The translations under genes were made by a program, and so were the position numbers. A stretch of DNA of 13,371 nt from Candidatus Woesearchaeota archaeon. Its GTDB lineage: Archaea > Nanobdellota > Nanobdellia > SCGC-AAA011-G17 > JACPIM01. The stretch is taken from contig CAZPBI010000003.1 in NCBI GenBank assembly GCA_964584825.1, positions 1 through 13,371 on the forward strand, written 5' to 3'. Within the stretch, counting starts at the first letter, position 1; each line of letters opens with the position of its first letter. The notes under the pieces are model-generated. The model saw only the letters and a program-made list of their open reading frames with translations. It searched no databases and was not told where the DNA came from. This document shows positions 5,912 through 11,325 of this stretch, piece by piece.

Positions 5912-6073
5912 TCATCCCCCCATTATTTCATAAATTTTCTTTTCTATTCTTTGTTTTGATTCATCTAAACACTTCCTACAATAAGCATAACTTGGAATAT
6001 CTGGGTCACATACAGGAAAGAAAGCCACAGCCCTTTTTCCACACTTAATGCATTTGCAATTTTTTGCTAACAT
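5912..6073 (-). CDS. zinc-ribbon mini-protein (53 aa)
   Basis: Hand translation: MLAKNCKCIKCGKRAVAFFPVCDPDIPSYAYCRKCLDESKQRIEKKIYEIMGG. CxCxxC...C...CxxC pattern. GGTGGGATAAATAATG start context. Confidence 0.65.
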   Translation of the reverse strand: MLAKNCKCIKCGKRAVAFFPVCDPDIPSYAYCRKCLDESKQRIEKKIYEIMGG

Positions 6074-6076
6074 TAT

Positions 6077-6343
6077 TTATCCCACCTTCTTATTGTAAAA
6101 TCTGTGAAAATTATATAATGCGCATAATCCTTTTTCTGTCAAGTCATACTTCTTCTCTGGCAATTTATGAGCAATTTTCTGGCTTATCATCTTTCTCAAT
6201 AAAACAGTTATTTCTTTTTTTGGAATTTCTAACTCTTCTGATATGGTGTTTATGCCTAAAGGATTATCTAATTTTGCCATACAATACATTATTCTAATAC
6301 TACTTACATCGGTAAATAATTCCATTAATTTATAAGGTTTCAT
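6077..6343 (-). CDS. winged-helix transcription regulator-like protein
   Basis: The track ORF 6077-6364 starts at a TTG. I prefer ATG 6343, which is preceded by AAAGGAGCAAGGAAA. The 88-aa protein MKPYKLMELFTDVSSIRIMYCMAKLDNPLGINTISEELEIPKKEITVLLRKMISQKIAHKL... has the layout of an ArsR/MarR-like wHTH. Confidence 0.85.
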   Translation of the reverse strand: MKPYKLMELFTDVSSIRIMYCMAKLDNPLGINTISEELEIPKKEITVLLRKMISQKIAHKLPEKKYDLTEKGLCALYNFHRFYNKKVG

Positions 6344-6367
6344 TTTCCTTGCTCCTTTTTTCAATTT

Positions 6368-6652
6368 TCAAAACGCATCTTTAACATAACTTTCAAATAA
6401 AATTTCGCACATAAAATCCCAGAACTCTTTAGTAATTGAAAGTCCTGAAGCTCCTCCTTCAATAAATTTTTCTTCTTTCCATTTCTTTAATATTGCTCTT
6501 TCTTCAACACTTATTTTAATTGGTTCAATTACTTGATTATTTACCATTACATATTGTATATAGGGAATTAATCTTAGTTCTCTAATGCTTATTTCCCTTC
6601 CAATTCTACTTTTTGCTATTTCTTGGATTTTATCAGTTAATGCCCCTCTCAT
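6368..6652 (-). CDS. hypothetical protein
   Basis: The track ORF 6368-6661 starts at a GTG. ATG 6652 (MRGALTDKIQ...) follows TAAGGTGTGGAAA. 94 aa. Confidence 0.8.
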   Translation of the reverse strand: MRGALTDKIQEIAKSRIGREISIRELRLIPYIQYVMVNNQVIEPIKISVEERAILKKWKEEKFIEGGASGLSITKEFWDFMCEILFESYVKDAF

Positions 6653-6662
6653 TTTCCACACC

Positions 6663-7016
6663 TTAATTCCTTATTGGAATATTTGTCTTTCCAACACTTA
6701 TTGAAACACATCCAGAATTATTTCTAATTCTTGGTTTTGGTTTTTCAAGTTCCTTCTTAACTTCCAACAATTCACTTACAGGCAAATCCATTAGTGCCTG
6801 TTTGATTATTTCTTTTATGTTTGTCTTTTTTGATATTTTTTCTGCTGCCTGTTCAACAAGTTTTTTATAATTCCCAATATCAAATTCTCTGAATGTTATA
6901 ATTTTATCTGTTTCTTTATTGCCATCTGCAAGAAAAGTTTTGCCATCAACTTCTATATATTTTAGATTTTTATGTATGTTGCCCTTAATGAAAACTTTAT
7001 TTATTTTCTTTTCCAT
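6663..7016 (-). CDS. hypothetical protein
   Basis: 117 aa track ORF. AAAGGAGAAAAAAATT precedes ATG 7016. It overlaps the upstream gene by 20 nt. Confidence 0.8.
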   Translation of the reverse strand: MEKKINKVFIKGNIHKNLKYIEVDGKTFLADGNKETDKIITFREFDIGNYKKLVEQAAEKISKKTNIKEIIKQALMDLPVSELLEVKKELEKPKPRIRNNSGCVSISVGKTNIPIRN

Positions 7017-7194
7017 AATTTTTTTCTCCTTTTACAATCTCCCTTTCTTTTTGGTGATAACCTAATAAAAATGCTCCTAAAATTCCAAGAATTATTATGA
7101 AAAGCAAACTTTCAGGAGCAAATACATTTCCTCTAATAACATTTGCAATTCCTGCAAGAATAGAAGCTGATACAAAAACCAATTCCAAAATCAT
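6997..7194 (-). CDS. small membrane protein (2 TM segments)
   Basis: 65 aa track ORF with hydrophobic segments LVFVSASILAGIANVI and LLFIIILGILGAFLLGY, then a charged tail. Confidence 0.75.
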   Translation of the reverse strand: MILELVFVSASILAGIANVIRGNVFAPESLLFIIILGILGAFLLGYHQKEREIVKGEKNYGKENK

Positions 7195-7202
7195 ATCTCT
7201 AA

Positions 7203-7367
7203 CTATTTTCTCACCTTCCTACTTTTTACAATCTTACCACAAAACAAACAACTTCTAACTTCTTTATCTGTATAATGTCCAGGTGCCCAACAATATGCAA
7301 TCCAATCTCCTAATTTTTTATGAACACAATTTTCTCTAACTTCTTTAACAAATTCTTGGAGATTCAT
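7203..7367 (-). CDS. Cys/His zinc-finger mini-protein (54 aa)
   Basis: Hand translation: MNLQEFVKEVRENCVHKKLGDWIAYCWAPGHYTDKEVRSCLFCGKIVKSRKVRK. GAGTGATAAAA precedes ATG 7367. Ends in TAG 7205-7203. Confidence 0.6.
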   Translation of the reverse strand: MNLQEFVKEVRENCVHKKLGDWIAYCWAPGHYTDKEVRSCLFCGKIVKSRKVRK

Positions 7368-7372
7368 TTTTA

Positions 7373-7582
7373 TCACTCTACTTTCAATATTATAAAAGTT
7401 CCAAATCCGCCTCTTTTAACATACCAATCTCTTGTTTTTTCTGCATCTTTTTTATTTTTATATCTTGAAGCATAAGAGAAAGGAAAAGGCTCGTATTCAG
7501 ATGATGGAACTGAATATGAATTGTTATAAGATACAAATCCTCTATTATTATCTTTTTCCCAATAAATTACATAATATGTCAT
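7373..7582 (-). CDS. hypothetical protein
   Basis: The track ORF 7373-7591 starts at a GTG that overlaps the upstream stop. ATG 7582 (MTYYVIYWEKDNN...) follows the CAGTGAGAAAA junction motif. 69 aa. Confidence 0.75.
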   Translation of the reverse strand: MTYYVIYWEKDNNRGFVSYNNSYSVPSSEYEPFPFSYASRYKNKKDAEKTRDWYVKRGGFGTFIILKVE

Positions 7583-7587
7583 TTTTC

Positions 7588-7830
7588 TCACTGCCTTATA
7601 TATTTTTTCCTCAAATTTCTTATGCCCTCTTTCCAGTAATTATTCAGGAATTTTTCTCCCGCCTTTATTGTGAATGTTTTATCAATCTTATCCAATACAT
7701 ATGCTGGAATAATTATGTGCATTTCATCCAAATACCAATCAATATCTATTTGAATTTGCCCATCTACATGTTTATGATGTTCATCCTTAATTAATTTGCA
7801 GAATTTTCCCAAATCTTTTATGAATTTCAT
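7588..7830 (-). CDS. hypothetical protein
   Basis: 80 aa track ORF. ATG 7830 overlaps the upstream TGA (ATGA). Confidence 0.8.
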   Translation of the reverse strand: MKFIKDLGKFCKLIKDEHHKHVDGQIQIDIDWYLDEMHIIIPAYVLDKIDKTFTIKAGEKFLNNYWKEGIRNLRKKYIRQ

Positions 7831-7982
7831 TTTCCAGTCTTCCCAAATTTTTCCATTTGATAATCCACAAACAGCCCTTCATCCATAACCCTTAATATCC
7901 TTTCCAAAACGCAGCGTATGCAGCGCAACTCCTCATATGTTTTCTTTTCAAGAGATGTGTTTTTAGGATATGTGTTTGTCAT
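7827..7982 (-). CDS. hypothetical mini-protein (51 aa)
   Basis: Hand translation: MTNTYPKNTSLEKKTYEELRCIRCVLERILRVMDEGLFVDYQMEKFGKTGK. The TGTGAGAAAATG junction motif lies at the start, and the TGA overlaps the next ATG. Confidence 0.6.
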   Translation of the reverse strand: MTNTYPKNTSLEKKTYEELRCIRCVLERILRVMDEGLFVDYQMEKFGKTGK

Positions 7983-7986
7983 TTTC

Positions 7987-8283
7987 TCACATTATCATTA
8001 ATTGCAATCCTTTCGGCATACACTCACATCTCCAGATATATTTTGATTTCTTTCCTGTTGTACTATCAATTTGCATTTTCATTGGCTTGAAGCACATAGG
8101 GCAATGAAGTTTTCCTGTTCTTTTATTCAAATTATGCAGTTCTTCTATCTGATTTTTTAAAACTTTATATTCTTTTAATTCTTCAAGTTCCTCAAGTAAT
8201 TTGTCTGTTTTGTTTGGTTTTTTGTAATTATTTCTTTCCATCCTCTTAAGAAATTTCACTGCTTCTTTACCTCTGATAATCAT
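7987..8283 (-). CDS. coiled-coil protein with C-terminal zinc ribbon
   Basis: The track ORF is 7987-8322. I prefer ATG 8283 (MIIRGKEAVKF...), which forms an ATGA overlap with ORF 8280-8459 and follows GAAGGGGAAGGGAAA. C-terminal CPMC...CEC. Confidence 0.8.
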   Translation of the reverse strand: MIIRGKEAVKFLKRMERNNYKKPNKTDKLLEELEELKEYKVLKNQIEELHNLNKRTGKLHCPMCFKPMKMQIDSTTGKKSKYIWRCECMPKGLQLMIM

Positions 8284-8459
8284 TTTCCCTTCCCCTTCTT
8301 TTCTTCTATCCACTTCACGCATTTCAGTAACTGCATAGTTTCGTCATCAAGCTTGCCTACTGTTTTCGGGGTTATGCCCCAATCATTGAAGTCCTTGCAG
8401 ATGCTTACAACATAGCTCCTGCATTCCTTGCCGTGCTGCTTGCATACCCAGACCATCAT
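8280..8459 (-). CDS. hypothetical mini-protein (59 aa) in a GC-richer patch
   Basis: Hand translation: MMVWVCKQHGKECRSYVVSICKDFNDWGITPKTVGKLDDETMQLLKCVKWIEEKKGKGK. ATGA overlaps at both ends. Codon usage is visibly more G/C-ending than in neighbouring genes. Confidence 0.65.
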   Translation of the reverse strand: MMVWVCKQHGKECRSYVVSICKDFNDWGITPKTVGKLDDETMQLLKCVKWIEEKKGKGK

Positions 8460-8734
8460 TTCAGCCCCAATTCTGTTAATATCTTTTTCAATCTTTTCCC
8501 AATTTTTTCTTTTTGTTTTTTATCCATGTATTTGATTAATTTCTTTGCAGATAACATATCCGTTCCACTAATGCAAAAATATCCTAATATAAGTTGCTCT
8601 GAAAATTTATCAATGTAGCAACCTAAATGTGCAAATCTTTTTCCACAACATCCATTTGTTTCCAACCACCAATTTCCACAAGTCATTAATGGCTTTTGTT
8701 TTCCTCTGCAAAAAATACAATCTTCATGCTTCAT
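8456..8734 (-). CDS. protein with N-terminal Cys/His-rich (treble-clef/PHD-like) domain
   Basis: 92 aa track ORF. The pattern is C-x2-C-x9-C-x9-CC-x5-H-x2-C (CIFCRGK...CGNWW...CCGKRFAHLGC), followed by a basic helical tail. ATGA overlaps at both ends. Confidence 0.8.
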   Translation of the reverse strand: MKHEDCIFCRGKQKPLMTCGNWWLETNGCCGKRFAHLGCYIDKFSEQLILGYFCISGTDMLSAKKLIKYMDKKQKEKIGKRLKKILTELGLK

Positions 8735-8952
8735 GGTTTCAGCCCCAAAGTGATAATCAAATACTCCTTTAATTCATCAGGAAACTTTTGTATCCTTTTC
8801 AGTATGTCCGCCTTCCGCACATAATCCCTCTCAACTTCGGAAGCGGGGATTGCGGGGAAGCATTTGTTTTTATAAATCTCATAAGATACACAAAAACTAT
8901 CCGCATCATCAGCATCCTTCACATTGAAGCCCAGAATTTTAGGTTTTTTCAT
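8731..8952 (-). CDS. hypothetical protein
   Basis: The track ORF 8731-8976 starts at a GTG. I prefer ATG 8952 (MKKPKILGFNV...). 73 aa, in a GC-richer patch. Confidence 0.75.
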   Translation of the reverse strand: MKKPKILGFNVKDADDADSFCVSYEIYKNKCFPAIPASEVERDYVRKADILKRIQKFPDELKEYLIITLGLKP

Positions 8953-9190
8953 GTTTTGCCTCTTCGTAATATGCACACCACATCCCCCGCTTAATTCCAG
9001 TTATTTCTCCAATTTGGAATTTATCAATTAAAAATCTACATTCATTACAATATCTTATTGGATGTCCAAACATTCCACTATATGTATTTATAAGATTGTC
9101 TGGAACACAGTGCAAATCAGGACATTCTTTTAAATGCTTGATAATAAATTCTTTTGCTTCTTCTACAGTTTTTATCTCTTCTTTTTTCAT
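8939..9190 (-). CDS. Cys/His zinc-binding small protein
   Basis: The track ORF is 8939-9199. ATG 9190 (MKKEEIKTVEE...) is better spaced from the GGGAGGG SD. C-x4-HC...CNEC pattern. 83 aa. Confidence 0.75.
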   Translation of the reverse strand: MKKEEIKTVEEAKEFIIKHLKECPDLHCVPDNLINTYSGMFGHPIRYCNECRFLIDKFQIGEITGIKRGMWCAYYEEAKHEKT

Positions 9191-9218
9191 TTCAACCATC
9201 CCTCCCGCTTGAGTATGC

Positions 9219-9482
9219 TCATGCTTTCACCTTTCTTAATCGTTCTTTTAGTTTGTTTATTGTATTAAATAACCTGAAATTTGCCTTGATAAAATGAAAA
9301 GACATTGAATCCAAAGCCACAATCTCCTCAATCATTGCCTTTTGCTCCAATGGCATCATGCTTGCGCCCTGCTCACACCTGTGCAGATATATCGGGCGCA
9401 TCCTGCCATTGAATTTCTTGTATTTCTGCTTCTCTATTGCTCCGCAGAATTTGCAGAAATTGGATTTAGGTCTGTCGGCCAT
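9219..9482 (-). CDS. zinc-finger small protein
   Basis: The track ORF 9219-9512 starts at a TTG. ATG 9482 (MADRPKSNFCKFCGAIEKQ...) follows AAGGAGAAGAAA. CxxC...HxC pattern. GC-richer patch. 87 aa. Confidence 0.75.
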   Translation of the reverse strand: MADRPKSNFCKFCGAIEKQKYKKFNGRMRPIYLHRCEQGASMMPLEQKAMIEEIVALDSMSFHFIKANFRLFNTINKLKERLRKVKA

Positions 9483-9661
9483 TTTCTTCTCCTTGTGTGT
9501 TTGCACCAACAATTTTTGCTACAAAAATGGAAAATTTCTTCATCACAAAACATTATTTGCATTTCTTCAATTGCTTTACTACATTCATCACAACAATATA
9601 CTTTATTATTACACTCTGGGCAAATTTTGCTTTTCAAATAATTTCTTCCACCCATTTTCAT
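9434..9661 (-). CDS. TRASH/FCS-like zinc-finger protein
   Basis: The track ORF is 9434-9685. I prefer ATG 9661 (MKMGGRNYLKSK...), which forms an ATGA overlap with family member B. CPEC...CCDECSKAIEEMQIMFCDEEIFHFCSKNCW resembles the C-x2-C...FCS-x2-C layout of TRASH/MYM-FCS domains. Its 3' end overlaps the next gene by 49 nt and ends in TAG. Confidence 0.7.
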   Translation of the reverse strand: MKMGGRNYLKSKICPECNNKVYCCDECSKAIEEMQIMFCDEEIFHFCSKNCWCKHTRRRKWPTDLNPISANSAEQ

Positions 9662-9957
9662 TCTCTCCGCCTCTCTTTTTTCCATCTTTTCATAAATCCT
9701 TCTACAAATTTATCTGATTCTTCAAAAGAAATTCTTTTTTCTCCAAACCTATAAACATTCACAAAACAATGCAGAAGACTACAAAATTCATCTGCCATTT
9801 CCCTGTCGGAGAGGACATTGAAGCCTGCACTTTCAAAATTTTCTTTAACTAATCTATAACTGAATAAATCATGTGGCGGTTGTGGAGCATTGTTCTTTTT
9901 TGCCCATTCTTTTTCTGCTTTTCCCCGCCATTTCTCAAAATCTGATTTTTGGTTCAT
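9658..9957 (-). CDS. hypothetical protein, member B of the three-copy family
   Basis: 99 aa track ORF with the pattern MNQKSDFEK...AGFNVLSDRE...KRWKKERRRE. ATGA overlaps at both ends. It is the most divergent of the three copies. Confidence 0.85.
   Translation of the reverse strand: MNQKSDFEKWRGKAEKEWAKKNNAPQPPHDLFSYRLVKENFESAGFNVLSDREMADEFCSLLHCFVNVYRFGEKRISFEESDKFVEGFMKRWKKERRRE
9803..9825 (-). repeat. conserved GC-rich block inside family member B
   Basis: The + strand reads ctgtcggagaggacattgaagcc, matching 21/23 to 331-353 and 11834-11856. Confidence 0.9.
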
Positions 9958-10106
9958 GCTTTCACCTTTCTTGGGTTTGCATTTGCCTTACATTCTGGAC
10001 AAGGTAGTGTATAATATCCTTCTTTAGCATCTAAATCACCCATTGGTGTGTGTTCTCCAAATTCCCATAATCCAAAACCATTACAGGTATTGCATTTTTT
10101 CTTCAT
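9954..10106 (-). CDS. zinc-ribbon mini-protein (50 aa)
   Basis: Hand translation: MKKKCNTCNGFGLWEFGEHTPMGDLDAKEGYYTLPCPECKANANPRKVKA. CxxCxGxG plus CxxC. The TGA overlaps the ATG of family member B. Confidence 0.65.
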   Translation of the reverse strand: MKKKCNTCNGFGLWEFGEHTPMGDLDAKEGYYTLPCPECKANANPRKVKA

Positions 10107-10107
10107 T

Positions 10108-10287
10108 TCAAATCCCCAATCTTTCTATGAACAATTTTAGATTTATCCCATGCTTCAATTCCTCTTTTGTCATTAACTTCTTGTCACCGGATTTTAGAAA
10201 AGTTTCACAATTATGGTTATCCAAAACAACTCTTCCCAGAGGAGTAAGCCATAATCCGCCTTCGCAACATTCTGTATTTTTCTTCAT
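10108..10287 (-). CDS. hypothetical mini-protein (59 aa)
   Basis: Hand translation: MKKNTECCEGGLWLTPLGRVVLDNHNCETFLKSGDKKLMTKEELKHGINLKLFIERLGI. ATG 10287 overlaps the upstream TGA. Its own TGA lies 1 nt before the next ATG. Confidence 0.6.
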   Translation of the reverse strand: MKKNTECCEGGLWLTPLGRVVLDNHNCETFLKSGDKKLMTKEELKHGINLKLFIERLGI

Positions 10288-10427
10288 TTCAAATATCCCT
10301 TCTGCTTGAGTTTCTGTTCTAAATCATAAAGTGTCTCACAAGTTTTACACTCCGAAACATTACAGCCCCTTTTCATTTCCGCAATAATCTTTTTCAGCTC
10401 CGCAATCGGGATGCTATCCTTTTTCAT
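10284..10427 (-). CDS. hypothetical Cys-containing mini-protein (47 aa)
   Basis: Hand translation: MKKDSIPIAELKKIIAEMKRGCNVSECKTCETLYDLEQKLKQKGYLK. ATGA overlaps at both ends. Confidence 0.55.
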   Translation of the reverse strand: MKKDSIPIAELKKIIAEMKRGCNVSECKTCETLYDLEQKLKQKGYLK

Positions 10428-10894
10428 TTCAAAAACTCCTGTGATTGTTTTTCAGTTGTCTGTTTTTCAGTTGTCTTTCCTTTATTAAATAATTCATTCA
10501 TTACAAATAAATTATGCTTTAATGCTGCACTATCCACTTCAATACACCCTATTATATCAACCCATTCATCAAAATTGTCTTTCTTGTTTATGTTTTTAAT
10601 ATACTTTTCTTCCTCATTTATTTCTTTAATTATTAGTTTATTTGCATATTCAATTCCTGCCAAAAGTTCTTTTGTTTTTCTTTTTATTTTAAAACAAATT
10701 GTTTCACCTGTTATTTCATCTATAGAATAGAACTCTCCTAAAAAATGCTTTGATTTATCAATCAATCTATCTTCGCTAGATTTTTTACATTTCTCGCAGA
10801 TTTCAAGTTCTGCTTCATCTTTTCTCATATCCTGCTTCTGATGTGAGTTCTTCCGCCTGACGGGAAGGGCAGTGGAGTGGGGGGTTGGGGTCAT
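10424..10894 (-). CDS. hypothetical protein
   Basis: 156 aa track ORF. ATG 10894 overlaps the upstream TGA. The first 22 codons are unusually GC-rich and Pro-rich, so an internal start at ATG 10828 (MRKDEAELEICEKC...) cannot be excluded. The C-terminus carries the duplicated TTEKQ. Confidence 0.8.
   Translation of the reverse strand: MTPTPHSTALPVRRKNSHQKQDMRKDEAELEICEKCKKSSEDRLIDKSKHFLGEFYSIDEITGETICFKIKRKTKELLAGIEYANKLIIKEINEEEKYIKNINKKDNFDEWVDIIGCIEVDSAALKHNLFVMNELFNKGKTTEKQTTEKQSQEFLK
10446..10475 (-). repeat. perfect 15-bp tandem duplication (2 units)
   Basis: The + strand reads tgtttttcagttgtc twice, head to tail (10446-10460 and 10461-10475). It is in frame and encodes TTEKQ-TTEKQ near the C-terminus of ORF 10424-10894. 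Confidence 0.95.
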
Positions 10895-11286
10895 GATTTC
10901 ACTTTTTTACTAATTTTCAGTATTTCTTGCATTGCAAAAAGTAATTTGTTTGCTCCTATAATAATTTTATTTTCTTCTTCATTTGTCCAAGTAGCTCTTC
11001 TCTTGTATGTATTAAAAGCAAAGTATAAACTCCATTTTTCGCCAAAGTTCTCATCAAATCCTTTATTAAATCGCAAATGTAGCCATTCACCGAAATTTGG
11101 TAATCCAAGATTAGTATATGGAATAGCCAAACCTCCCTGAGTTGAAAAACTCGGAATTACTCCAAACTTTTCTTGTAAATCTAAAATACTTAAATCACTA
11201 ATTTTTTTAGAACAAGATATAACTTCTTCTTTTGACAAAGAAAAAAACGTCTTGTTCATATCCTCAATTGATTCTATTTTTTCCAT
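10891..11286 (-). CDS. hypothetical protein
   Basis: 131 aa track ORF. AAGGAGATGAAAGA precedes ATG 11286. No motif recognised. Confidence 0.85.
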   Translation of the reverse strand: MEKIESIEDMNKTFFSLSKEEVISCSKKISDLSILDLQEKFGVIPSFSTQGGLAIPYTNLGLPNFGEWLHLRFNKGFDENFGEKWSLYFAFNTYKRRATWTNEEENKIIIGANKLLFAMQEILKISKKVKS

Positions 11287-11325
11287 TCTTTCATCTCCTT
11301 ATTTTCTTTTTTCTTTTGTAGCATA

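Noticed and set aside
6344-6364. N-terminal extensions in the track that begin at TTG or GTG (6364, 6661, 7591, 8976, 9512, 13322) or at upstream ATGs (3845, 8322, 9199, 9685, 12631).
   Set aside because: In each case an internal ATG either forms the canonical ATGA overlap with the upstream stop or sits 5-10 nt after a GGAG/GGTG-type SD. I therefore used the shorter coordinates. The longer versions cannot be strictly excluded.
10825-10893. Readthrough of the TGA at 10891 giving a Pro-rich extension (PQPPTPLPFPSGGRTHIRSRI) that ends at a junction-motif TGA.
   Set aside because: The segment is GC-rich, so all frames are open by composition alone. TGA is clearly the main functional stop in this element.
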